Shown here in pieces: positions 27,615 through 37,465 of a stretch of DNA of 64,000 nt. The stretch is from positions 124,001 through 188,000 of IMG/VR virus record IMGVR_UViG_3300040801_001224; one strand, 5' to 3'. How positions within the stretch are numbered: position 1 is the stretch's first letter; the number at the start of each line of letters is the position of its first letter. The notes under the pieces are model-generated. The model did not search any database. It saw nothing but the letters and a program-made list of their open reading frames with translations, and was not told the origin of the DNA. The position numbers were made by a program, and so were the translations under genes.

Positions 27615-28209
27615 TTACAGTATTCCAGAAGATGAATTAGAAAGGCTTTACCTTAGCACCCACTTGGACCGGGAAGGCATTACGATCCTATGGAAACAAT
27701 TTATAAACTACACAAACGTAGTTCGGAAGAAATCTTTCACACTACGGAAAAAGCCCAAGGCGACCTTTGAGCATTTCGTGATATACAACGCCTTGCGTGG
27801 AAAACCACTGTTCAATGGTATTGATGGTAAACGTGAAATGGAATACTTTCGAGCTAGATTAGAAGGCAACACGGTACAATCGCATCCATATATGAATCAT
27901 TATTATAATCTTGCTCGCATGGAAGTCAAGATGGAAAGGATGTTAAATACGACTGCTTCTGCTTTTGAATCGCCGAACACTATTTCTGGGGTCAAGGCCT
28001 TAAATAACGTACTGGGTAATTGGCTCAATTGGTTGGATTATAGTTTCGGTGGGTTGGGTCCGGGTAACCGAAAACACATTCATGTTCACAACAGAGACAA
28101 GCGCATGTATGTTAGATTGCTTCATAAGCATATTAAAATATACAGAGAAATGATTATGGAACAACTAAAAGCAGAAAATCATATTGTTCATAATTATTAT
28201 ATTCCTTGA
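27607..28209 (+). CDS. Hypothetical protein
   Basis: About 200-aa ORF; HFVIYNALRGKP motif. Confidence 0.7.
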   Translation: MIDYSIPEDELERLYLSTHLDREGITILWKQFINYTNVVRKKSFTLRKKPKATFEHFVIYNALRGKPLFNGIDGKREMEYFRARLEGNTVQSHPYMNHYYNLARMEVKMERMLNTTASAFESPNTISGVKALNNVLGNWLNWLDYSFGGLGPGNRKHIHVHNRDKRMYVRLLHKHIKIYREMIMEQLKAENHIVHNYYIP

Positions 28210-28234
28210 CAAACCCGTCAAAGTTTGTTATAAT
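28206..28234 (+). promoter_or_regulatory. sigma70 promoter
   Basis: TTGACA-17-TATAAT. Confidence 0.85.
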
Positions 28235-28257
28235 ATAAAACTAAGTAAAGGATTACT

Positions 28258-29709
28258 ATGGTTAAAAAATGTACACTTGAAATTAGGGATGAAGTGAATA
28301 TTAAGTTTTCAGGACTTGATGTAATCACACGTCGAAAACTGGCAGACGAAGTTAAGTTTTTTTTACCTTATGCTCGACACGTACCCGCGTACAAATTAGG
28401 TAGATGGGATGGCATGATGAGGTTCTGTGACATAGGTGGCAGGAGTTACTTTCACATCTTGGATAGACTATTGCCAATTGTAGTCGGTGCCGGCTATGAA
28501 CTTGATATACAAGATGATCGCATTCCACACGAGTTTGAATTTGATCACATAAATGAACAAAGCTATTCGCATATAACCTGGCCAGAAGGACATCCAGTTG
28601 AAGGTCAACCCATTGTTTTGCGTGACTATCAAGTGGACGTAATCAACAAGTATCTAGAAAACCCACAGAGTTTACAGGAAATATCTACAGGCGCAGGCAA
28701 GACGTTAATCACTGCGGTATTGTCACATCAAGTAGAAAAGTACGGCCGATCAATTGTAATTGTTCCAAGTAAGGATCTAGTGACTCAGACAGAAGAAGAT
28801 TATATTAACATGGGGTTAGATGTTGGTGTATTTTTTGGTGATAGAAAAGAATATGGCAAGACGCATACGATATGTACGTGGCAGTCGTTAGAGTCATTGG
28901 ATAAGAAAAGCAAAAAGTATGATAGTGAAGTCAGTGTAGAAAGTTTTATTGAAGATGTTGTGTGCGTAATGGTTGACGAAGCACATTCATCTAAGGCAGA
29001 CGTATTAAAGAAATTACTTACAACACATTTTAGGAATTGTCCAATTCGTTGGGGGATGACGGGCACTATTCCAAAGGAAGAACACTTTGCTATGGGTTTA
29101 CAGGTATGTTTAGGTCCAGTTGTAAATCGGGTTAAAGCAAAGGACTTGCAGGAAAAAGGTGTCCTGTCTAACCTTCATGTTCACGTACAGCAATTAGTAG
29201 ATCCGCCATTAGGTTTCAAAGATTATGCGTCAGAGCTTAAATGGCTAACAAGTGACCGCAACAGAGTACAAAAGATAGCAGAGATGATTGAAGAAGTAGA
29301 AGGCAATAGTCTTATACTTGTGACACGCATTGATACTGGAAACTTATTACAAGAGATGATTCCAGACTCAGTGTTCATTAAGGGTGATGTGAAATCAAAA
29401 GATAGAAAAGCTGAGTACAAGGACGTTAATACCGCAGATAATAAGGTAGTTATAGCGACATTTGGTGTTGCCGCAGTTGGCATTAATATTCCACGCATAT
29501 TTAATTTGTTCATGATTGAACCAGGCAAAAGCTTTGTGAGGGTGATACAGAGTATTGGACGTGGCATTAGAACGGCCAAGGATAAGGATTACGTTGATAT
29601 TTACGACATAACATCGACATGTAAATACTCAAAGCGACATTTAACGGAAAGAAAACGCTATTACAAAGAGGCCGAATATCCTTTTAAGGTTACAAAGATA
29701 AAGTACTAA
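28258..29709 (+). CDS. uvsW: SF2 DNA helicase UvsW
   Basis: LRDYQ, STGAGKT, VDEAH, GMTGT, QSIGRGIR. Confidence 0.95.
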   Translation: MVKKCTLEIRDEVNIKFSGLDVITRRKLADEVKFFLPYARHVPAYKLGRWDGMMRFCDIGGRSYFHILDRLLPIVVGAGYELDIQDDRIPHEFEFDHINEQSYSHITWPEGHPVEGQPIVLRDYQVDVINKYLENPQSLQEISTGAGKTLITAVLSHQVEKYGRSIVIVPSKDLVTQTEEDYINMGLDVGVFFGDRKEYGKTHTICTWQSLESLDKKSKKYDSEVSVESFIEDVVCVMVDEAHSSKADVLKKLLTTHFRNCPIRWGMTGTIPKEEHFAMGLQVCLGPVVNRVKAKDLQEKGVLSNLHVHVQQLVDPPLGFKDYASELKWLTSDRNRVQKIAEMIEEVEGNSLILVTRIDTGNLLQEMIPDSVFIKGDVKSKDRKAEYKDVNTADNKVVIATFGVAAVGINIPRIFNLFMIEPGKSFVRVIQSIGRGIRTAKDKDYVDIYDITSTCKYSKRHLTERKRYYKEAEYPFKVTKIKY

Positions 29710-30293
29710 TGAAAACATTTAAGGTAGATTCTAGGTTTTGGAGAAAGCTAAACACACAGACGAATGTTGGCTCTTTCCTCGATCACATGTATGGTCTAAA
29801 GAAAATAAATGACGATGGCGAGCAGACTACTCTACTAATGGAGTGGGATAAAATACCAATGAAAAATAATTCATATGGTACTGCGATTAACGCAATCGCT
29901 AAGGTGTGCGATCCAATTGTGATGCTTGAGTTGTTGGATGCTTCATATAGAAAAGAATCTACTATATATGCGTTCAAGAGATTTACACAGGACGATTCAG
30001 ATAATCTGATTATCTACCCATGTGCGACGCCTAAAATTATGAATATAATGCCAGAATATTGTGAGAAACATTACCCTGGTAAATATGACTTTGAGTTTAC
30101 TTCTGAAAATGGACTCAGATCATATAACGCAATTATATACCTTGACGCAGTGTCGTCTATCATGGAGGATTTATCGTTTCTATTATTACAAGACGCAGAC
30201 GCACACGCACTATACGAATATAAAATAAAAAACGATATTAAATTAGAAGAATACGTTGATTATACAGAATTAAAAGAGAAGGAACTCATATGA
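29709..30293 (+). CDS. Hypothetical protein
   Basis: Coupled 194-aa ORF. Confidence 0.7.
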   Translation: MKTFKVDSRFWRKLNTQTNVGSFLDHMYGLKKINDDGEQTTLLMEWDKIPMKNNSYGTAINAIAKVCDPIVMLELLDASYRKESTIYAFKRFTQDDSDNLIIYPCATPKIMNIMPEYCEKHYPGKYDFEFTSENGLRSYNAIIYLDAVSSIMEDLSFLLLQDADAHALYEYKIKNDIKLEEYVDYTELKEKELI

Positions 30294-30817
30294 ACTTACT
30301 AATAGCAAATGAAGAAGTAGTTGACAAATTGGAAACACAAGTGTATAATTTAGATTGTGTCCCTAATGAAGAAGTCGACTTACGTTATTGTATAATGGAT
30401 TGTACAGACAAAACGGATATTGATTACTTTTTTGTGCCACTTATATTTTTGGAATCATTCTACGCACCAGCAATTGTGCTAAACATTGCGGGCAAGAAAA
30501 TCCAGATGCCAATTGACTGGTCAATGATGGTATGTGATGAACATTTTAATGATGTAGAAATTATTCCGCTAACACAGTTAAATGATCGTGGATTTAAGAC
30601 ACCAGTTTACAACCCAATGTCACATATGGTGCCGGAATCATTAGATGTAGAGATTACTAATGTATACGCAGAAGTCAAATGGTTCTTTCCAAAGTTAAAG
30701 AACGGATATATGTTGCCTGTTCCGTTAGACAATGGTCCAGATCCACGATGTGTGATGTTTGTTAAAGAAGCAAACAAGATACCAGACCCGTTAGATGCGG
30801 CACAATTGTTCTCATAG
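30290..30817 (+). CDS. Conserved protein, possibly a degenerate Hint-fold
   Basis: IVLNIAGKKIQMPIDWSMMV..IIPLTQLN..VEITNV pattern. Confidence 0.6.
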   Translation: MNLLIANEEVVDKLETQVYNLDCVPNEEVDLRYCIMDCTDKTDIDYFFVPLIFLESFYAPAIVLNIAGKKIQMPIDWSMMVCDEHFNDVEIIPLTQLNDRGFKTPVYNPMSHMVPESLDVEITNVYAEVKWFFPKLKNGYMLPVPLDNGPDPRCVMFVKEANKIPDPLDAAQLFS

Positions 30818-30825
30818 GATAAACA

Positions 30826-31296
30826 ATGGCAAAGGCTAAGAAAGCAAAGATTCCATTAAACGAAATACTCGGTGCGATGGACAGAAATAACTGGGAGTAT
30901 TATAGGAACCTCCCAGAAGAATTACAGGAGGAGTTTTCACCTTTTGTAATGATGCGGTATGCCAGTAATGTTAGGAGTAAAGAGTTTTACGGACATTATA
31001 TTACAATGGTTAACGACTTATGTAATGTGAATTTCGATGTACTCAGTAAGCACCCAGAGCTTTTTTGGCAGTTGCTATCACTATCTGGTGTGGGCAAATC
31101 ACAGTTCCATGCTTGGTTGCCACCTGGCAAGAAGGCAAAGAAGAGTAAAGTTCAAGAGTTTTTGTATAAGATGCACCCAACGTATAAGTTAGAAGATTTA
31201 GAAATGCTGGAAAGTATAAACACCAAAGAACAAATACAAGACATGATGCGTGAATATGGTTATGACGACAAAGAGATTAAGGAAATATTCAAATGA
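30826..31296 (+). CDS. Probable clamp-loader small subunit (gp62-like)
   Basis: FSPFVMMRYAS...N...KHPELFWQLL...FHAWL; replication cluster. Confidence 0.55.
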   Translation: MAKAKKAKIPLNEILGAMDRNNWEYYRNLPEELQEEFSPFVMMRYASNVRSKEFYGHYITMVNDLCNVNFDVLSKHPELFWQLLSLSGVGKSQFHAWLPPGKKAKKSKVQEFLYKMHPTYKLEDLEMLESINTKEQIQDMMREYGYDDKEIKEIFK

Positions 31297-31805
31297 AAAT
31301 AAATCACGAATTTGTATTCCAGGTTATGCGTTATATGGCGGAAGAAGAATTATATGAAGACATCCAATGGACTGCAGATTTGAAATTCTACATTAACTGC
31401 GGTGATGTGTTCTTCTGGGGCTGTGCTGATGCCGAAGATTTAACTGAAGATAACTTCCAATTGTTTGTAGACACATATAATGATTGTATAGAAGCGTTAA
31501 AGGATAGCAAAGATGGCGAATACGCATACCTAAACTGGGCACCGACATTATTTTGTGCTAGGTCTCGAAATATGAGGCCGCAAGGTGCGTTGTATAAAAA
31601 CATGCCCGAAGAACTGATCCCATTATTTAATGAATGTGGTGAAGAACGTGAAGTAAATTTTGGAAATCCTTACACAACACCCAAAACTATCGGAGATAAG
31701 CCAGTGTACGCATACCAATCGGAGTATGTGAACCAAAAAATATCATTAGCTGATAAATTAGAATCAGCTTTTAACAAATTCAAAGGATTATTTAAGAGTG
31801 TATAA
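31293..31805 (+). CDS. Hypothetical protein
   Basis: INCGDVFFWGCADAE; LFCARSRNMRPQGALY. Confidence 0.75.
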   Translation: MKINHEFVFQVMRYMAEEELYEDIQWTADLKFYINCGDVFFWGCADAEDLTEDNFQLFVDTYNDCIEALKDSKDGEYAYLNWAPTLFCARSRNMRPQGALYKNMPEELIPLFNECGEEREVNFGNPYTTPKTIGDKPVYAYQSEYVNQKISLADKLESAFNKFKGLFKSV

Positions 31806-32469
31806 GTGTAAATACTGTCATAAAAGTTTTACTCGTGAATCCACGCTTTCTTCACATATGTGCCCGAAGAAAAAACGCATGGCAGAAAAGAACACACTAT
31901 CATCAAGGCTTGGTTTTAGGGTGTTTCAGAGGTTTTATGAACTCACTACAACGCAAAAAAACCCAAAAACGTTTGAAGATTTTGTTGGAAGCCAGTACTA
32001 TAAAGATTTTGTTAAATTTGGACGTTACCTGGGTCAACGTGATGCCATAGACACTGAAAAATTTACAGATTTTGTCATTACCAATGGTGTGAAGTTGCGT
32101 GATTGGACAAAACCGCACGTATATGAAACGTTTTTACAGGATTTAATGAAGAAAGAACCGGCTGAACGAGCATTAGAGCGCACAATCATTACCTTAAATG
32201 AATGGGCTGAAGAAAACAATACGACATTTAACAAATTTTTTGAAGAAGTGACAACAACAGAAGCGACACATATAATACAGGCAGGTAGAATTAGTCCCTG
32301 GGTGCTGTATTTGTCAGAAGAAGCAGGAAAATTGCTTGGAAGAATGAATAGAGAGCAGGGAAATTTAATATCAGCGGTAATTGATCCAAACATATGGAAA
32401 GTACGGTTTGCTAACAGGCCAGATGATGTGGATTTTGTAATTGATGTGTTAGATAAGGCAGGATTATGA
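31798..32469 (+). CDS. Zn-finger-containing conserved replication-cluster protein
   Basis: YKCKYCHKSFTRESTLSSHMC; GRISPWVL. Confidence 0.75.
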   Translation: MYKCKYCHKSFTRESTLSSHMCPKKKRMAEKNTLSSRLGFRVFQRFYELTTTQKNPKTFEDFVGSQYYKDFVKFGRYLGQRDAIDTEKFTDFVITNGVKLRDWTKPHVYETFLQDLMKKEPAERALERTIITLNEWAEENNTTFNKFFEEVTTTEATHIIQAGRISPWVLYLSEEAGKLLGRMNREQGNLISAVIDPNIWKVRFANRPDDVDFVIDVLDKAGL

Positions 32470-33044
32470 GAGTACAAACGGATATTGATATTGACGTGGC
32501 GAACAGGGATGATATTATTTCTAAATTGAAGTGTAGAACTGGCCGTATTGATCGTGAAGGCGACAATTATGACAAACATAACACTGGCGTATACTTTCAG
32601 GACATTCCTTATGATCCATTTACAAACATTTCAACAATAGATCACAAAGTAGCTGAAGAATTAGGCTATTTTAAAGTTGATTTGCTTAATGTACACTTTT
32701 ATAAAGACATACGTAACGAAGAACACTTAAATGAGCTCGTTAATCGTGAGCCACTGTGGCAATTATTGGAACATGAGCAAGTAGTTTCTAAATTATTTCA
32801 GATACACAAGCACTTTGATCTTGTAAACTACCATAAACCCAAATCTGTTGAAGAGATAGCAATGCTTATCGCTATACTACGTCCAGGCAAAGCATATTTA
32901 CAGCGAAAGTCATGGGATGATATTAGAAAGGAAGTTTGGGTCAAGCCTTCAAACAATGAGTACTGGTTTAAAAAAGCCCACGCATTTTCTTACGCAATGG
33001 TCATTGTGGCACAATTAAACTTATTGGCGGAGCAAGCAGAATGA
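32466..33044 (+). CDS. Minimal DNA polymerase III alpha (DnaE)-like catalytic protein
   Basis: TDIDID, KHNTGV, GYFKVDLL, AILRPG, FKKAHAFSY correspond to DnaE PDIDxD, HAxG, GLxKxDFL, ALxRPG, FNKSHAxxY. Confidence 0.85.
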   Translation: MRVQTDIDIDVANRDDIISKLKCRTGRIDREGDNYDKHNTGVYFQDIPYDPFTNISTIDHKVAEELGYFKVDLLNVHFYKDIRNEEHLNELVNREPLWQLLEHEQVVSKLFQIHKHFDLVNYHKPKSVEEIAMLIAILRPGKAYLQRKSWDDIRKEVWVKPSNNEYWFKKAHAFSYAMVIVAQLNLLAEQAE

Positions 33045-33391
33045 ATCATTGGATGTGGGATACATACGGAAAAGTAGAAGAAAGAGTATACGATCATGGG
33101 AATGGCTGGCAGGAAATTGATATGCCATGCGTTTACACGTTTCATTATGACGGAAGAGTGTTATCTCTGAAAAAAGATTGCCTAGGAGACTATTCGTTTG
33201 TACAGCATGAAATAAGTGTTGCCAAACACATGGGTGGCTGGAACCATATATGGAAAATGGGGAGACCGTCATCGTGGCGTATTAGGTTATCGAAGAAAAA
33301 CTTTTTTCTATTGGAACTGACACGCGATTTTAATATGCTTGCTGAAGCTGTCAATGCTAATCCTGATAATTTTGAGAGTGTTACGATTTAA
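33041..33391 (+). CDS. Hypothetical protein
   Basis: Coupled ORF. Confidence 0.6.
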   Translation: MNHWMWDTYGKVEERVYDHGNGWQEIDMPCVYTFHYDGRVLSLKKDCLGDYSFVQHEISVAKHMGGWNHIWKMGRPSSWRIRLSKKNFFLLELTRDFNMLAEAVNANPDNFESVTI

Positions 33392-33764
33392 CTACTAATT
33401 TTATTTGACGTCTTTTGATTCTTTTAGTGACTAGACTGTTGAGTGATGTGATTGGACCGAATATTACTTCTACTTCTTTTGTTTTAAACGTTTGTAGGTA
33501 TTGAGAGAACGGTTTCATTTGCCCCTGCATAAATATATTGATGGGCAACAAGCGATTGGACTCATTCCACCAGTTATCGCCATATTGAAGAAATAACTTT
33601 TTCTCTTCAGGGGTGCGAATAGAGTCAAAGTCATAAAAACTTAAGACCTTATCGTCAGTATTTTGTATAATACCAAGCATTTCGTTCTCTTGCCATACGA
33701 TACACGTTAAGAATGGGTAGGCACTGGCGATTTTGTCTTGGTCATCGCTTATTTTTATTTCCAT
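33381..33764 (-). CDS. Conserved hypothetical protein (leaderless, late)
   Basis: YPFLT..GIIQN..WWNESNRLLPINIF; TATAAATA on - strand 5 nt before ATG. Confidence 0.75.
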   Translation of the reverse strand: MEIKISDDQDKIASAYPFLTCIVWQENEMLGIIQNTDDKVLSFYDFDSIRTPEEKKLFLQYGDNWWNESNRLLPINIFMQGQMKPFSQYLQTFKTKEVEVIFGPITSLNSLVTKRIKRRQIKLVVKS

Positions 33765-33840
33765 AGTTGTATTTATACCACTTTGCGGATCAACTCACAG
33801 AAAACTGAAATAGTGATAAATACATGAAAAGGAACTGTAC

Positions 33841-34677
33841 ATGCACCATAAAATTTACACATATGATGATTCAATTCATTTAGTTTATGACGATGACTTG
33901 GCCATGTGCATCAAAACGGATAATCGCAATATGAATGATAGAATAATTAAAGTTCACAAAGGTGTTGATAACACTATTAGCTTCAAGGTTTATAATAGAG
34001 ACCGAAAGCCACAAGCAGTGAGTCATTTACAAATCAGAACACGTTTAGTTAACCCGCTCAACAACGAAGTTATGCTTGAGCGTTATGCTACTGCTACAAG
34101 TGAGAAGGGTGTTATTAAGTTAAAAGTATTAGAGGGTGACTTATTAAGTATTCCAGAAGGATACTATAACCTAATCGTCACAGGTGGTGAAGAACTCTTA
34201 CCAAACCAAGCAGGACAGATTATTCAAACACCATTCTTCTCAGATACAGGCAACAATGTCACCATTAAGGTGGAAGTTACTGGCCAAGCACAAGCGGCAC
34301 CACAGCCAACACAAGAAATACTGCCAGATGACTGGATGATACTTTCAGCACGATTTGAACCAACAGTTTATCATACAGGCGCATACCCGGCGGGTCGCAT
34401 CCGCAATACAACAACGTCAGTTCACACAATGGCGGTTTATACGACAAATTATTCAGGTAATTTTAAAATTTACGGGTCGTTAGAAGATGTCCCTTCAGAA
34501 CGTTTAGAATCTTGGTTTCCGGTTAACGTAGATCAGCTGGGTAACGAACTAATATTTAATGAACAAACCGGTGTGTTCCCGATTGTATTCCAAGCCAACT
34601 ATCTATGGCTTAAATTCACATATGAGCCATCAAGTACTAACGAAGGCACATTAGATAAGGTCCAAATCAGAAATTAA
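33841..34677 (+). CDS. Virion structural protein (Ig-like/baseplate-upper-like beta domains)
   Basis: KVHKGVDNTISFKVYNRDRKP; late promoter at 33815. Confidence 0.65.
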   Translation: MHHKIYTYDDSIHLVYDDDLAMCIKTDNRNMNDRIIKVHKGVDNTISFKVYNRDRKPQAVSHLQIRTRLVNPLNNEVMLERYATATSEKGVIKLKVLEGDLLSIPEGYYNLIVTGGEELLPNQAGQIIQTPFFSDTGNNVTIKVEVTGQAQAAPQPTQEILPDDWMILSARFEPTVYHTGAYPAGRIRNTTTSVHTMAVYTTNYSGNFKIYGSLEDVPSERLESWFPVNVDQLGNELIFNEQTGVFPIVFQANYLWLKFTYEPSSTNEGTLDKVQIRN

Positions 34678-34681
34678 ACAC

Positions 34682-34710
34682 TTGACAAATAGCTCATACT
34701 CCTGTATAAT
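34682..34710 (+). promoter_or_regulatory. sigma70 promoter inside an RBS-sequestering inverted repeat
   Basis: TTGACA-17-TATAAT; CTCATACTCC/GGAGTATGAG. Confidence 0.85.
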
Positions 34711-34727
34711 AACAAAATATATGGAGT

Positions 34728-35768
34728 ATGAGTTTGGTTACAGAACAAGAAATAGCTGACAGAATACACAGGGAAGTACTAGGGCTACTAGGTCCACTCA
34801 AATCAGTACCTTCAGGTTGGCAAAAGCAAAATTGTAAATTATGTCATCATCGCGGTCATGGACATGACAAGCGTGAACGATTCGGTGTGATTAGACATAA
34901 CGATGGCTCTGTAGTTGTGAATTGCTTTAACTGTGGCTTCAGCAGTAGTTGGACACCAGGCAAAACCCTATCTAAGTCTTTTAAATGGTTTTTAGAAACA
35001 ATTGGCATGAGCAAGTATGATGTCAAACGTTTAGACTTTGAGTTATATAAGCTACGTAACAACATGAAGACTGGCTCCACTCTAAAGATGTCACGTGATG
35101 TCACAAAGGAATGGAAAGAAGTTGAGCTACCCAAAGGTTCTAAGACTATTAGGGAATGGGCTGAAGAAGGCTGTACAGACGAAAACTTTTTAGGTGTAGT
35201 ACAGTACCTAGTTGACAGGGACTTGCTCTATCCTGACACGTTCTATTGGACACCTAAAGACTTAATGTATAAGAACAGAGCTACCTATCCATTTATATAT
35301 GATGGCAAGATAGTAGGTTATACTGGACGTTATGTTAAAGAAATAAAAGACAAGAAGATGCCCAAGTATCACGCTGAAACACCAGAAAGCTTTTTAACTA
35401 ACCTGGATAGACAAAAGCGTGAAGACAAGAAGTTTGTAATACTTACGGAAGGTGTGTTTGACGCACATGTTGTAGATGGTGTTGCCGTTCTTGGAAATAA
35501 CCTAACTGCTGACCAGATAAGTATTATTGAACGACTAGGTAAAGAAATCATTGTAGTGCCTGACAAAGACAAAGACGGGCAATTATTATTTGACACAGCT
35601 ATAGAACATGGCTGGACAATTAGTACGCCAGACTGGGGGGCAGGTGTTAAAGACCCAGCAGGTGCTGTAGAAAAATATGGACGTATTTTAACAGTACAGA
35701 GCATTATTGAATCAAGGGACAAGAACGCCTTTGCGGCAAAACTCAAAAGGAAATTGGATAAGTTTTAA
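34728..35768 (+). CDS. DNA primase (gp61-like)
   Basis: Zn finger CKLC..CFNC; TOPRIM LTEGVFDA, VPDKDKDG, KDP. Confidence 0.93.
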   Translation: MSLVTEQEIADRIHREVLGLLGPLKSVPSGWQKQNCKLCHHRGHGHDKRERFGVIRHNDGSVVVNCFNCGFSSSWTPGKTLSKSFKWFLETIGMSKYDVKRLDFELYKLRNNMKTGSTLKMSRDVTKEWKEVELPKGSKTIREWAEEGCTDENFLGVVQYLVDRDLLYPDTFYWTPKDLMYKNRATYPFIYDGKIVGYTGRYVKEIKDKKMPKYHAETPESFLTNLDRQKREDKKFVILTEGVFDAHVVDGVAVLGNNLTADQISIIERLGKEIIVVPDKDKDGQLLFDTAIEHGWTISTPDWGAGVKDPAGAVEKYGRILTVQSIIESRDKNAFAAKLKRKLDKF

Positions 35769-37168
35769 TGGCTGAAATAACAGAATATACACAAGAGATT
35801 GAAAATCTATTTATTGACTTTTTATTTAATGATCCAGAACTATATGTGAGATGTAAGGGCATTATTGACCCACACTTCTTTGAGTCTAACAAGAACTCAG
35901 ACACGATCAAGTTTATGAACCAACATTATTTGGATCATTCGGATTTGCCTACACGTGAGCAGATAAAATCTGTAGTAGGTAAAGATATTAACGAGTTAGA
36001 AAAGATGCACGACAGTCATAGAGACTGGTTCCTTGATGAGTTTGAAACTTTCTGTCGTCACAAAGGACTGGAACATGAGATTCTACAGTCTACGACCTTG
36101 CTTGAAAAGAAGCGTTATGGTGAAGTAGAAGATAGAATTAAGAAAGCAGTACAGATTGGTCTAGTAAAGGACTTGGGCACAAATTACTTTGACAAGCCAC
36201 ATGAACGTCTAGAAGATTTACGTGATAACAGTAACCTTGTAAGCACAGGCTGGAAAGACATTGACCGAAAGCTTTATGGTGGTTTTGAGAAAGGCGGCTT
36301 AAATATATTTGCAGGACAGTCAGGATCAGGTAAGTCATTATTCTTACAGAATTTAGCCATTAACTGGGCGCAAGCAGGTATGAATGTTGTTTACATATCC
36401 TTAGAATTAAGTGAAAAGCTATGTAGTATGCGACTAGACGCAATGATTTCAAATTACGCTACAAACGAAGTATTAAAGAATATTGATGATGTATCTATGA
36501 GAGTGGGAACCTTTAAGAAAAAGTTTAAAGGCAACATGGTTATTAAGCAAATGCCAAACGGTTGTACCGCAAACGATATTAGAGCGTATATTAAAGAATT
36601 AGAAATACAATCAGGAAACAGAGTAGACGCAATATTGCTTGATTACCTAGATCTTTGTATGCCAATGAGCGTTAAGGTTAGCCCAAGTGACATGTTTGTC
36701 AAGGACAAGTACGTATCAGAAGAATTACGTAACCTAGCAATGGACTTGGATATTATGTTCTGTACTGCTTCGCAGTTAAACAGAGCGTCACACGAAGAAA
36801 TAGAATTTGATCACTCACATATCTCAGGCGGTATATCTAAAATTAATACCGCTGATAACGTGATGGGTATTTTCGTAACACCTACTATGAAAGAAAACGG
36901 ACGTTATCAAATACAGTTCTTAAAGACTCGTAGTTCTAGTGGTGTGGGCAGTAAGGTAGACTTGAAGTTCAACGTTAAGAGCTTACGTATTGAAGATTTA
37001 GATGAGGATGAAGCATCAGCAACAGAAGTATCGACAGCTAGTATGATTGATCAACTAAAAAAGAAATCTGTGTTAAACAACAAAACAGAGTCGGAAAAAG
37101 TTGAAGATTCAGGTGATGATGTGCTACAGGCGTCGGCAGATCTCAGAGCTCTTCTAAAACGTAAATAG
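35768..37168 (+). CDS. Replicative DnaB-like helicase (gp41-like)
   Basis: AGQSGSGKS, YISLELSE, LDYLDL, TASQLNR, KTRSS. Confidence 0.95.
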   Translation: MAEITEYTQEIENLFIDFLFNDPELYVRCKGIIDPHFFESNKNSDTIKFMNQHYLDHSDLPTREQIKSVVGKDINELEKMHDSHRDWFLDEFETFCRHKGLEHEILQSTTLLEKKRYGEVEDRIKKAVQIGLVKDLGTNYFDKPHERLEDLRDNSNLVSTGWKDIDRKLYGGFEKGGLNIFAGQSGSGKSLFLQNLAINWAQAGMNVVYISLELSEKLCSMRLDAMISNYATNEVLKNIDDVSMRVGTFKKKFKGNMVIKQMPNGCTANDIRAYIKELEIQSGNRVDAILLDYLDLCMPMSVKVSPSDMFVKDKYVSEELRNLAMDLDIMFCTASQLNRASHEEIEFDHSHISGGISKINTADNVMGIFVTPTMKENGRYQIQFLKTRSSSGVGSKVDLKFNVKSLRIEDLDEDEASATEVSTASMIDQLKKKSVLNNKTESEKVEDSGDDVLQASADLRALLKRK

Positions 37169-37216
37169 ATTACCATTTATTTGATAAATACACTAAAGCA
37201 TTAAAGGGAGTCTGTT

Positions 37217-37465
37217 GTGACACGTAAGAGTTTATTTGAAGAATTAAATGAATTGGCGCCTGTTTCTACTAGGGAAGTGGTTTTAGAAAGCCGAGCAACT
37301 CATGCCATTTCATCAATAATTAATTTATTCGAATATATTGAAGATAACTTTGCCGAAGAAGAAGCTATAAATTTACAACGTAGATTGATCAGCAGTATCA
37401 AAGGCAAAGATCCAAAACGTTTTTCACGTGCTTTAGCTAAGATCACCAAAGGCGACACAGAGTAA
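37217..37465 (+). CDS. Small conserved late protein
   Basis: GTG start with GGGAG RBS; late promoter at 37183. Confidence 0.7.
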   Translation: MTRKSLFEELNELAPVSTREVVLESRATHAISSIINLFEYIEDNFAEEEAINLQRRLISSIKGKDPKRFSRALAKITKGDTE

